Shown here: positions 26,800 to 39,678 of the stretch, one piece after another
Numbering within the stretch: position 1 is the first letter of the stretch
Layout of the letters: each line of letters starts with the position of its first letter
From: Ancylonema sp.
Lineage: Eukaryota
Direction: 5' to 3'
DNA: 55,850 bases
Assembly (NCBI GenBank): GCA_050230475.1
Contig: JBFLGF010000180.1
Span: 1-55,850, forward strand
Program-made: the position numbers and the translations under genes
Notes under the pieces: model-generated
What the model saw: the letters and a program-made list of their open reading frames with translations, nothing else
What the model was told of the DNA's origin: nothing
Database searches by the model: none

Positions 26800-27980
26800 A
26801 AAAACGTGAGAAAAAAACGTATAATAAGGGACCCAGAAGAGTAACCTTGCATAGACCAGGTCCAAATCTGAGACGGTTTGGAAATCAGGTCCATGGACGA
26901 TATGGAACCGCACATTGGGGCATGATTTTGTGTAGCGTAGGCTTCCATGAATGTCCTCCACTTGTCCGTCGGATGCGCTAGCAAAACGAGCGTCTTCTTA
27001 GCTTCCAGCACTAACAGGGCTCGGATAATGCACTCGTTGACCACTTGGTCGAAGCGGTGCTCGGTCTGAATTACCTTGTCTCTGTCGTGCATACAGAAGT
27101 TGTGGAATCAGGTCCTGGCCAGGGAAGCCATTGATGCTAACACTGCCGCGTTTCCTGCCTACAGCTTGTCCTATTTGGCTTGTGGCGTTGGCAACATTGT
27201 AGTCGCCATAACATGCTTGGCCTCTAGTGTCTACTGCAACACAAAGTTCGCTCTCGCTGAAGCAGCCTCAACGTCCTCTAATTTGTGAACGTTCGGGTCC
27301 GCCATTTCCTGAGGTACTGCCACGCCCCTAGCCAGAGCATCGACTTCACGTGTGGCATCGACTCCAAATCCTCCAGCAACAACCCCTTACGCAGGTGCAA
27401 CGACACGTGTGGGTGGGAGACTGAGTGCCGTGCTAATCATATGACCCCACAGTCTTTTTCCGCTCAGCACCTGTTCTACCACTGTTGACCATATTCTGAA
27501 AATGTTCTTCCAAAGCATGATCCTTGGTTTGCCCTAACCAACACAAATTTTTGAAGCTCTAATACCAATTGATGCGTCCATGTTGCATTGTCCGTCTTAC
27601 TCACACTCACAATACAATCAAAATATCAAGACATTGCTGGTACAATGCGCACACTCATGTAACATAGATCGAGACACAAAATTGCCAAGTTGATCATTTA
27701 GTTCAAAACGTTTGAATGCTCAAACTCAGATACATTGTGGCATAGCTTATCCGCCACGGTACAATTTACATGGTCTTAACCATTTACAGCCCTAGATACA
27801 GCAAATAGATCATCTACACTACGCACCTATCATGCCACGCGCGCTGACTCATGCCACGCGCCTACACACACAACCGTCTGTCCAATCACGAACCAACGAA
27901 ACCCGCCGCATATTCGGTCAACCAAGTATCTACCGACATTTGACCACGTTTGCGAGGTGAATTTATCCTCTATAAGCACA
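26800..27980 (-). mobile_element. Decayed Ty1/Copia 5' end: LTR, tRNA-iMet PBS and gag
   Basis: Minus strand reads ...CATCA-AT-TGGTATTAGAGC (PBS at 27567-27556). It is followed by KNIFRIWSTVVEQVLSGKRLWGHM (gag N-terminal W..L..K.LW motif) with stops and a UBN2-like segment. Outer boundaries approximate. Confidence 0.75.
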
Positions 27981-28484
27981 CACATTTGATATTACCCCGA
28001 CGAAATAAACGAAACGACAAAACACCCCGTATATCGAAACTCGTTAACGTGGAAATGCCAAACTGAATCAAAGTCCGAGCTTTCGGACTTTCTCATCTAA
28101 TTGATCAAGGCTGGCAATTCGGTGTCTCTGTTGAGATGAGATGCGAATGCACATTGTATGGGCGATGAGTTTGAACAGTGCTTGGATTTGATTGTATTGT
28201 CGTGTGCGGAAAAATTTCATAGTAAGATGGACGTAGCATAAAGTATTTAGTTTGGTTTAATTTGGTTATGCCAGGGCTCCCCGCTACTTGTGGGTGAGGG
28301 GATTAAAATAAATCTATAAACGGGTGGGGTTGATACATAAATTAAATCGGAAAAAAATAGTGGAGAGTGAAACCTTGCCAATACGGCACCGCACCGGCCA
28401 TATATACCCCCCCCCCCCATTTTTGAAAAGGTAATTGATTAAATCATCCCCCCCCCCCTGCCATTTCATTATTAATATGAGTTA

Positions 28485-28886
28485 CCGTACTGACCAAATT
28501 TAACCTCCCACTACTTAATCCAAATCGTGGGGTGTGGTTAAAACAATAATTATTTTTTCCTTCAGGTTTTGGGGGTCTTAATCAAATTGAAGGGGTTCGA
28601 AGTGGGGGTTTAAGTGAAAGTCAATGCCGGAGCTACTACAATTTCAAGCAAACGGAGGCACAACTCCCATCTAGACCATCGATCGTATACCGGTACGGAA
28701 TGGACAACCATTATAGGGATGTGACATATGGGATGGGATGTGGGGGTGGGAGTGGGGCATGGGGTAACCGAAAAGAAGTTGAAAGTGGTGGGTAGGAGGA
28801 TAAAAATGTATTGAAAACTGGTGGGGGGTAATTGTTAAATGATTACCTACCTAAAAATAGGGGGTGATTCAATTTGGTCATTACGG
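28485..28886. mobile_element. 402-bp MITE with CCGTA termini and TA flanks (Tc1/mariner-pogo type)
   Basis: The left end TA|CCGTACTGACCAAATTTAA and the right end TTCAATTTGGTCATTACGG|TA are inverted repeats matching at 17 of 19 positions. Confidence 0.7.
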
Positions 28887-29754
28887 TAACCCCGGGTTCA
28901 GAACGAAATGTTTTGCCCGCCAGCGTCGGGTTTATAAGGCTTGGGTTTCTTCTTCGGAATTACGAAATTGCTAGTTTTGGCCAGAACGATCGGCTCCAAT
29001 TTTTGTCGTTTTTAGGATATGTAGTCTCTTTACAGACACGTTATTGTAATGAGATGGGGTTCCCGTCGTTTTTCAATAATATACACTTTCTTTCTTTTTG
29101 GGTAGAGATCCGAACCAAATTAGCCTTCAAAACCAAATCAACCTTGAAAAAAGACGGAAATTAGCCTTAATCATGGGGATTGTGAAGCTTTAATCAGGGT
29201 ACCTTAACCAGGCCTACAAAACCTAAATCTGAAAAACAGTATTCCGGTTGAACCTCCCCCCCCCCCCCGGGCAAAACTCGAGAATGGATCTTTCTTCGGC
29301 CAAACATTACCCCAACACGACGATTTTTTACAATGAATAAAACGACATCCCCCCCCCCCCCAGAATAATTATTTAGATGGGTGTTATCTCTGGCCGGTCC
29401 ATCAGATCAGGGTACGTTTAAAACCCTTCAGAGCAAATGACTTACCACATCTTATGAAACCCACCGGGATAAAGCGTAGTAAATGTGATAAGTTTATACT
29501 AGAGTTTCCTTGCTGAGCCCTGTCTGCAAGTTACCTGAAGACACCTGAAGCCCTGGGGTTGGAGGAATGCAGAGGCCCCGTGTTTTTTATAGACAGACGT
29601 CCCCACTCCATTATACACGCACCCACCGTAGCCCGGAATAGACACTGAAAAAAAGACACAGGTCCAACGACGTTGCAGCAGCTGCCGCAGTGGTTAGCAA
29701 GCAAGCCTGCGGTCATCTTTACGACTTCAGTGACGCGGACCTGGGCTTTCAGCT

Positions 29755-31631
29755 ATGGCAATACGTGAGTTTTCCTTTACCGGCTGCTAAGAAGTAGAGT
29801 ATCTCCCACGTTTCATCCTGCGCCTTTTCTTGTTTACAGGTGCTCAGTTTGAAAACAGTTCCGAGATTGGTATTTTTTCCAAACTTACGAACACCTACTG
29901 CTTGACAGCATTGGGTGCCTCGGAAAATTTTTACAGGTACTATTTTGATCAGTCCTGTTTGGCACTTCAGTCAATTCCAGACATGTTCCAGACAGGGCCG
30001 TTCCGAAATTATCATGTAGCCATGATGCAGTGCATGGTATACACTTTTCTCTATTCGACAATTCCTTTCGTAAATCGACAGCATGATGCTTTGTCCTCGG
30101 TGCTCAGCGAGAAAATCATTTTCACCACTTTGAGTTTAACGAACGTAGAATTCGTAACCTGATGGTGGATGTGTATTGACTCACTCGCGTGACATGCAAA
30201 ACAACGATGGTGGCAGCACTTTCGAGACGGAGCTACCAGATATCCCTGTCGTCAAAGTTTCCATTGCTGGTACCCGGGTCATCGGTCGAATGGTTGTAGG
30301 TATGATGGCAGGAAAGTGATCATGCAGTGATCGTCCTGTTCGCTCAGTAAGTATTTGTCACGATCGTCAGGAAACCTGCGAAGAACGGGTATCAACTCAA
30401 TTCACATTTCCATCCATGTATTTTCATCCATATTTTCACGTGCACACATTTGTGCATGAGAACAAATCGATAAACAAAAGAACACACACAGAGACGTATA
30501 TACTTTGGAAGCCCATTGCAATACATGTTTTAATACATGTGTATATATGTATGTATGGATGCAGTACTCATGAGCGCATGATGCCTGCATGCATAGGTTA
30601 TGGGCATGTATAATTCTATGAATGTACACACACATAAATATGTCTTATTATGGATGTACATATGCAGGTATTAACACATATATTTACACATCTGTATGAA
30701 GCTTTATGTATGGATGCGTGTGTATATACATTCAAGTACATTCAATGAAAGCCATAGATGCACTCATATATACGTGCTAGTCTGTTGAATTGTCTGATAT
30801 AATCATCTCACTTTCCTGAAGGGGCTGTTGTGACGGACGCACTTCCTGCCTGCTGTTTGGTAAAGCAGAAATCAGTTTGTATTTTATGAATGTCTGGTCT
30901 GACAGACATCCATGGGCTGAGGTTCAGGAAATAAGAATGGCCTCCTTCTGCCCAACTCCACCACAGACCAAGGTCAGTTACCTCAGCCTCCTTCCCGCAA
31001 AGGCATGGCCCCTCAGGATGACGCAACTCATTTCGCACCGCCACCCTCTGCAGAGCTTCTTCACATTCGCAACAGTCTCCCAGACAGCGTGGTGGTGCAG
31101 AGGATCGATGAGCGGCTCTCAGCTCTCGGGAACTGTGTGAGCTGCAACGACTACTGCGCACTCATCCACACAGACCTAGACCGGGAGAGCAAGGCGTGAT
31201 GGCCCAGGCGTGTGTCGACTGCCTCCCACTGTGCCTCACAGTGTGGCGTGGCGTGTGGGCAGGAAACGGAGGAGCTGCTTGCGGACGTGTTGGGCGTGGA
31301 AGTGTTCCGGCAAACCATCGCGGGAAATATTTTGGTCGGGAGCTACGCTGTGTTCACCAACCGAGGTGGCCTGGTGCACCCGCACACATCTGTGGAGGAT
31401 CTGGATGAGCTGTCATCGCTGCGACACGTCCCGCTGGTGGCGGGCACCGTGAACCGGGGGAGCGAAGTGGTGGGTGCGGGGCTAGTGGTGAATGACTGGG
31501 CGGCCTTCACAGGGCTGGACACCACAGCCACGGAGCTGTCTGTCATCGACAGCGTGTTCAAGTTGAGGGAAGCGCAGCCCAGCGGGGTGGTGAATGACAT
31601 GCGAGCTGCCCTCATTGATACCCTTGTGTGA
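29755..31631 (+). CDS. EIF6: Eukaryotic translation initiation factor 6, 244 aa if the last intron is GA-AG
   Basis: Exons 29755-29764, 29840-29936, 30217-30299, 30928-30972, 31054-31184 and 31263-31631 give [21 protein letters not shown]...[10 protein letters not shown]...[13 protein letters not shown]...[22 protein letters not shown]...GTVNRGS. The last donor is non-canonical. Confidence 0.95.
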
Positions 31632-32620
31632 TCCTGGCCACCCACTTCTGCTCACCTGAGCATGCCTCCCGCCTCACGCCTTATCTGCCAGGCCTCAGTG
31701 AAGTGAGGTGTTGTACAAATCTGCATACTTGTGAGGCTACCATGGTTCAGAGGGGGCAGTTGCCACGAGTGAGGATTTGTTAAGAGAACAGGTTCCGATG
31801 TCATCCACCCACAGTTTTGGTTGCCAGGATTAATTGGTTCGGACTTCGAAACCTGGCATTGTTGTCCACAGGCTACTTGGAAAGATTGTAGTCTCTGTTT
31901 GTCACGGTGAGGATAGTAGTGTAAATCTGAAGGTCAGTTTCTGTCTCTACACGTCCTTGTCCTAGTAGCAAGGGGGAATGTGGGATGTCCGGTAGAAGCA
32001 TTGCTTTCGTGTGATTGACGGCGCTTGTGCAGTCATCTCTAATAACAGTGGTTCAAGTGGGGGTGGTCACAAACGGAGTATTCCGCAATAAAGTGGCCGA
32101 AGATGTCGTCACTGCTAACACAGAAGTTTATCATATGCCATGTTTTTCTCACTTGGATATGGGCTGAAGGAATATATTCGCCTGAAGGAAAGAGGAAATT
32201 TTGAAGGATGTGAACCATTGCTACCTAATGTGGCAAACCTTCCTTATGTACGGTCGAGAAGTAACTCAACACAAAGCGCTTTGTTCGAACTTGCAGCCGA
32301 TAGTTTTCTCCTATCTCATTACAGACAAGACACTATGAACCATGCCAATCACTTCATTAGGGCACCTTCAGTGTTCTAAATTGGCCTTGAAAGACTCTCG
32401 CATGAGGAAGATAATCCCGAATCGTTTGTTTGTCTTTGGTGAAGAGAGTTTACTACCGGATTTCAAAGGAAATCTGCCTCAAGTGCCTCCTTGAGGAAGC
32501 GAAGGCGCTCTATAATAGCAGGGTTCATGAGCTTCTGCGCCTCCTTGATGAGAGTGCCCTCCTTGTTGGCAAAGTAGGCGTCGAGCACGGTGCACACCCA
32601 CTTGTGAAGAGCTTGCGGNA

Positions 32621-34688
32621 ATGTATGGATGCAGTACTCATGAGCGCATGATGCCTGCATGCATAGGTTATGGGCATGTATAATTCTATGAATGTACACA
32701 CACATAAATATGTCTTATTATGGATGTACATATGCAGGTATTAACACATATATTTACACATCTGTATGAAGCTTTATGTATGGATGCGTGTGTATATACA
32801 TTCAAGTACATTCAATGAAAGCCATAGATGCACTCATATATACGTGCTAGTCTGTTGAATTGTCTGATATAATCATCTCACTTTCCTGAAGGGGCTGTTG
32901 TGACGGACGCACTTCCTGCCTGCTGTTTGGTAAAGCAGAAATCAGTTTGTATTTTATGAATGTCTGGTCTGACAGACATCCATGGGCTGAGGTTCAGGAA
33001 ATAAGAATGGCCTCCTTCTGCCCAACTCCACCACAGACCAAGGTCAGTTACCTCAGCCTCCTTCCCGCAAAGGCATGGCCCCTCAGGATGACGCAACTCA
33101 TTTCGCACCGCCACCCTCTGCAGAGCTTCTTCACATTCGCAACAGTCTCCCAGACAGCGTGGTGGTGCAGAGGATCGATGAGCGGCTCTCAGCTCTCGGG
33201 AACTGTGTGAGCTGCAACGACTACTGCGCACTCATCCACACAGACCTAGACCGGGAGAGCAAGGCGTGATGGCCCAGGCGTGTGTCGACTGCCTCCCACT
33301 GTGCCTCACAGTGTGGCGTGGCGTGTGGGCAGGAAACGGAGGAGCTGCTTGCGGACGTGTTGGGCGTGGAAGTGTTCCGGCAAACCATCGCGGGAAATAT
33401 TTTGGTCGGGAGCTACGCTGTGTTCACCAACCGAGGTGGCCTGGTGCACCCGCACACATCTGTGGAGGATCTGGATGAGCTGTCATCGCTGCGACACGTC
33501 CCGCTGGTGGCGGGCACCGTGAACCGGGGGAGCGAAGTGGTGGGTGCGGGGCTAGTGGTGAATGACTGGGCGGCCTTCACAGGGCTGGACACCACAGCCA
33601 CGGAGCTGTCTGTCATCGACAGCGTGTTCAAGTTGAGGGAAGCGCAGCCCAGCGGGGTGGTGAATGACATGCGAGCTGCCCTCATTGATACCCTTGTGTG
33701 ATCCTGGCCACCCACTTCTGCTCACCTGAGCATGCCTCCCGCCTCACGCCTTATCTGCCAGGCCTCAGTGAAGTGAGGTGTTGTACAAATCTGCATACTT
33801 GTGAGGCTACCATGGTTCAGAGGGGGCAGTTGCCACGAGTGAGGATTTGTTAAGAGAACAGGTTCCGATGTCATCCACCCACAGTTTTGGTTGCCAGGAT
33901 TAATTGGTTCGGACTTCGAAACCTGGCATTGTTGTCCACAGGCTACTTGGAAAGATTGTAGTCTCTGTTTGTCACGGTGAGGATAGTAGTGTAAATCTGA
34001 AGGTCAGTTTCTGTCTCTACACGTCCTTGTCCTAGTAGCAAGGGGGAATGTGGGATGTCCGGTAGAAGCATTGCTTTCGTGTGATTGACGGCGCTTGTGC
34101 AGTCATCTCTAATAACAGTGGTTCAAGTGGGGGTGGTCACAAACGGAGTATTCCGCAATAAAGTGGCCGAAGATGTCGTCACTGCTAACACAGAAGTTTA
34201 TCATATGCCATGTTTTTCTCACTTGGATATGGGCTGAAGGAATATATTCGCCTGAAGGAAAGAGGAAATTTTGAAGGATGTGAACCATTGCTACCTAATG
34301 TGGCAAACCTTCCTTATGTACGGTCGAGAAGTAACTCAACACAAAGCGCTTTGTTCGAACTTGCAGCCGATAGTTTTCTCCTATCTCATTACAGACAAGA
34401 CACTATGAACCATGCCAATCACTTCATTAGGGCACCTTCAGTGTTCTAAATTGGCCTTGAAAGACTCTCGCATGAGGAAGATAATCCCGAATCGTTTGTT
34501 TGTCTTTGGTGAAGAGAGTTTACTACCGGATTTCAAAGGAAATCTGCCTCAAGTGCCTCCTTGAGGAAGCGAAGGCGCTCTATAATAGCAGGGTTCATGA
34601 GCTTCTGCGCCTCCTTGATGAGAGTGCCCTCCTTGTTGGCAAAGTAGGCGTCGAGCACGGTGCACACCCACTTGTGAAGAGCTTGCGG
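32621..34688 (+). repeat. Identical 2068-bp duplicate of 30551-32618 (eIF6 3' exons plus the 3' end of the neighbouring gene) beside a single N; probable scaffolding artefact
   Basis: Offset is exactly 2070, ORF translations are identical, and an N at 32619 sits at the junction. Confidence 0.85.
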
Positions 34689-36191
34689 TGTCCTGCGCCA
34701 CCACCCCCACCCACACCACAGCCTTAAGAATATAATTGCCTGTCCCCCCCCCCCCCTTGTAGAATCGTACGTGAAGAGGCTGTCCTCGTTCTGTCCCTCC
34801 ACCTCATCCCCAGCCGAAAACGCGTTTGCCATCTCGGCCCGCTGCTCCCGCGGGTCCTCAATGGTCAACAGGTGGCGCATGATGCGCACCTCCACAGGGA
34901 CCAGGCGCTGCATATTCCCCCGGGCGTTCATGTACAGGTGGTACATCACGTCCTTCACCTCCTCCTTCATCATGGTGGACTCTTTGGCTGCCGCCCACGC
35001 CTTGGTGATGAGCAGCATGAGGGTAGAGTCCAGCTGCTGCCGCGCCGCCAGTTCATCGATCTTGCCGCAAGCCTCGCCCAGTGAGGGGGAATTGAGGATG
35101 TCGTCTAGCTTCTCCTGCGCACTGTCCAAAGAAGCGGTGTCCGCCACCAGCTCGTCGTGCTTGCTCATCGCTGTCAGCACCCGGGCCGCTAGCTGCAGCA
35201 ACTCTGCAGCAGCACACAGAGCAAGATGGCGGTGAGGGGCAGGAGGGAGTGTGCGTCCTCAGTCGCAGTCCTCCTCACCCTCCCTTCTCTCCGAGTCTCT
35301 GTAGGCGGCCTCTGCAAGAAGGCGTATGTGGTCGAAGAAATCTCCGCTCAGTTCTGCTCGGCGTCTACTGACAAAGGGGTCCAAGTCATCTGGGTGCGCT
35401 TCCAGCTCCTTCACCAGAGCATTGGCACGCTCCATGCTGGCATCCACCTGGCAACCCAGGGCTGAGACCATACTCAATGGCCGTGTAGCATGCAGGAATG
35501 AAAAAGCAATTGTTAAACTTCGCACAATGTTCCCGAGTTTAACAGCAGTGCGTTTTGTATGCATCCAACAGATGTACCTCATTAAGTTTCCTAGCGAGTT
35601 TGAAGAGGTCTGCTTTCCTGCCAGGATCCTCCATCATCTCTGCTCTCTGCCGAGCCCTCTTGAAAAAGTGTGGTCTGATCTTTGCCCATTCTTCACTGTA
35701 TGCTAGCAGCTTCCTCCACTCCTCTGGAGCCGGCTTCTCAATCCAGAACACTTCCAACAAGCGGTCACAAACCCTCTGCATGCTGTAACCCGCCTCCACC
35801 TCTGCCTCGCCATCTTCATCGGGGCGAGAAGCTTCGTCTGCTTCACCCATCTGATCTGACCCGGAAGCTATTTCCTCTTGCACGCCAGGGGGGGCTGCAT
35901 GGAGAGAAAAAGTATTCGGCCTCCGCATGGAAGGGGAGCCTGGAGAAGAGGGTGGAAAAATACGAATAAGATGGCAGTGAGTGACCCTCCAGAATGATTT
36001 GCATTCCGAGGGGCATAAAATTCTGTAGGATTATGAGAGGACTCACCCCTGATGTATTTCGAATTTTTTTGAGCCCGTAATTGCTGGCTGCGATTCGGAA
36101 ATCGAAGGTTGCTTAGATGACGCTTTTGTGCACACCAGAGCCCAGGGACTCCCAGAGGACAAGAACCGGGGCTTGTTGCAACGAAAGCCAT
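34533..36191 (-). CDS. At4g37920-like uncharacterised, probably chloroplast-targeted protein
   Basis: Five GT-AG exons. Transit-peptide-like N-terminus, then GYSMQRVCDRLLEVF..EKP.PEEWRKLLAYSEEW, DILNSPSL, KAWAAAKESTMMKEEVKDVMYHLY, TPQALHKW, LMNPAIIERL. Confidence 0.8.
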
Positions 36192-36857
36192 GCTGATTCG
36201 GAGAATACCTAAGGTTCCTCAACTTCTGGCGAAATCGCTTAGGAGCTATGGCTGACCCGCCGGATTAAGACACCGCAGTTAGGCAATCGAAGATCTTAAA
36301 CTCCGAGCACAAACCAGTTTGGAGAAGGTATCACGTGAAGCGTACTTAGTTCACATATCCACCAGAGAACGGTGAGCCGGAAAAATCCTCGTACCCTCTG
36401 GAGCTGTGCATGCATCTCTGCAAAACAAAGCGGCCATGGATTTACCCTAAATACACAAACCTGAAACCTGGTCCTGAATCGTTTCGTCGAGCGAGAAGAG
36501 CGGCCCCGTATTTGATTGCTTCCTCCCACTCGCGGAAGTCACGGCGGACGGTCCGCCGCTCGTACTTAACATATGGCCATCAACCGGTTAACGAGTTGGC
36601 GTCAAATTGTCCCAGCAGGTTTTGCGGTACTGAACCCGACGCACATCTTCCTTCAGTGACTCTGACATACATACCCGAACACTTATTCTGAACTCAGTAC
36701 TGGACACCAGCTCACATCCAGGCCATTGTTTGGTGTCCACAACAAATAGTCTGAAAACGTCATTGTCCTGGACTGCGTCACATCGCTCGTGTGGCGCAAG
36801 GCTTTCATTGCGATATCAATATAGTAGAGGGTGTTATTTCACGGGATTAAGTGAACG

Positions 36858-39540
36858 ATGGCTTTGCGAGTTGTGAATCCGAATGCGGAACTTTTGAAAT
36901 CCGCCGCCCTTTTTATGACCATAAATGCAGCCAAGGGTCTGCAGGATGTGCTACGAACAAATCTCGGGCCAAAGGGAACCATAACAATGTGCGTCCTGCT
37001 ACTCTACTTGGAATTTTCGGCCTCGGATGTGAGATACGAATTTTGCTAACCTATGGAGGTGTGATCTACAGGCTGGTCGGAGGCTCAGGAGACATCAAGC
37101 TCACAAAAGATGGCAACACGTTGTTGCGTGAAATGGTACAAGCGCTCGTGAAAACCCGGTGGACAGAAATATCACCGTCGTAGTGTTCACCTGAATGTGG
37201 ATATAAGAACTGTCAGTGCTGTAGCACAGGGAAGCTGTGATTGTGCTGTCCGTGTAGAATTGAAATGCAGCCCCAATCTCAGGGAGAGATATTGGGACTT
37301 AACTGGCCATGGGTGGGTGTTATGCGGATTTGCAGCAAATCCAAAATCCTACGGCCGTTATGATTGCCCGCACTGCCACAGCTCAGGACGACATCAGCGG
37401 GGATGGGACAACCTCAACTGTGTTGTTGATTGGGGAGATAATGAAACAGTCGGACCGTTTTATCAGCGAAGGTAGGTATCCTGGACATGAGCATGGGGTA
37501 GTGCACTCCGTGTGATACGTTGCCTTTCATGTGACGTGCAGGCATGCACCCACGCCTCCTTGTAGATGGTTTTGAGGTTGCCAAGAAAGCGACTCTCGAA
37601 TTTTTAGACACTTTCAAAACCCCTGTGACGATTGGAGAGACCCCAGACAAGGAAATGCTCCGGATGGTGGCGCGCACGACTGTTCGAACCAAGGTCCACA
37701 GCATCTCATTCCGCACACCACAAGCACGTCAGTAGAACAAGCACATTCGTTGGCTGTTTTATATGGAGCACGTATACACAGTGTGAGTGAGTAGGCAGCC
37801 CAATGACGAACACTGAACCCCGATTTTCCCCAAGCAGGTGCACGAGAAGTTGGCAGATCAGCTCACCGACATTGTAGTGGACTCGGTAAGTGTTTAGGGC
37901 TGCTCCCCTATCCGCATCTAGTCGAGAGACTCTGAACAGTGGTCGGTGGGAGAAGCAGGTCCTCTGCATCCGGCAACCCGGGGAGGCCATCGACTTGTTC
38001 ATGGTGGAGATAATGCACATGAGGCACAAGTTCGACACAGACACCAGACTGGTGCAGGGCCTGGTCCTCGACCACGGAGCCCGTCATCCCGACATGAAGA
38101 AGCGCGTCGAGAACTGCTTCATCCTCACCTGCAACGTCTCGCTGGAGTATGAGAAGAGGTGGGCAGCACGGCAGGACAGCGCCCCTAAGTGCGCCCTGCT
38201 TGAGGCTCACCCACTGCTCCAAATCGCAGCGAGGTGAATGCGGGGTTCTTCTACAACAACGCGGAGCAGCGGGAAAAGATGGTGGCAGCGGAGAGGAAGT
38301 TTGTGGATGAAAGGGTACAAAAAATCATCGACCTCAAGCGGAAAGTGAGCTGCGATCCGGACGTCGAGACAGTTTCCGTGCATGCTGCCGCTGCCGCCTT
38401 ACTCTCTGTGTGGACGAGGGGGGTCAGGTCTGCGAAGGGGGAGAAAAGAATTTTGTGGTGATCAACCAGAAGGGTATCGACCCCCCCTCCCTCGAAATGT
38501 TGTCCCGAGAAGGGGTCAGTATCCCCCCCCTCTCCCCTGCTGCGGGCTACAGGCGGTTGACGTGGGGTCCCTATGCAGATCGTGGCCCTGCGTCGGGCCA
38601 AGAGGAGGAACATGGAACGCCTAGTGCTGGCCTGCGGGGGGGAGGCCATCAACTCTGTGGAGGACTTGAGTGAGAAGGCGCTTGGGTGGGCTGGCGTGGT
38701 GTATGAGCACGTGCTGGGGGAGGAGAAGTACACGTTCGTGGAGGAGGTGAAGAACCCCCTCTCCTGCACCATCCTCATCAAGGGGCCCAACGACCACACC
38801 ATCGCCCAGATCAAGGATGCCGTGAGGGACGGGCTGAGAGCCGTGAAAAACGTGATCGAAGACGAGTGTGTGGTGCTGGTGAGGGGCGGGCCCACAAGGA
38901 AGGGGGGAAGAGAGAAAGGCACGCAGTGACAGACTCCCTGTGTCCTGAGCAGGGTGCGGGAGCGTTTGAGGTCGCTGCACGACATCATCTCATGACAGAA
39001 GTGAAGAAGAGTGTGAAGGGGGTGGGTGCCTGGGTGGGGGCCCTCTGCAGTGGTCGAGGGGTGCGACCTCATGCTGTCTGCTTGCCTGCTGCAGCGCGCT
39101 CAACTGGGGGTGGAAGCGTTCGCGGACGCGCTCATGGTCATCCCCAAAACCTTGGCAGAGAACTCTGGTCTTGATACCCAGGACGCCATCATCTCCCTTC
39201 AGTCAGAGCATGCCAACGGGAACTGCGTGGGCCTCAACCTGGTGACTGGGGAGCCAATGGACCCGCAAGTGGAAGGGATCTTCGACAACTATTCCGTGAA
39301 GAAGCAAATGATAAACTCTGCGTAAGTCTTGTTTGGGCGAGATGTCCCTCGCAGGGCTGCCTCTCACCATGTGCAAACACCTCGTACGGGGTCACAATCT
39401 TACGGATGTCCCACTGGGGTGCCTTTGTTGAGCAAACATGCTCACCGTGTGTGTGGGCGGGTGGCAGGCCGGTCATATCCTCACAATTACTACTTGTGGA
39501 TGAAGTGATGAGGGCTGGACGGAACATGCGGAAAAGTTAA
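36858..39540 (+). CDS. CCT6: T-complex protein 1 subunit zeta (CCT6), 12 exons
   Basis: [90 protein letters not shown]. All introns are GT-AG. Confidence 0.95.
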
Positions 39541-39678
39541 TTCAGGGTATCGGATGTACCTCGCATTTTTTGTAAATCTTGTGTCTCCTCTGGATCTCAT
39601 ACGGCTGCATCTGCACAGTGTGAAGTCATCCCTTTGTAGCTCGTGCATGCTCAGATTTGTATCATAAGGAATAAGCGA

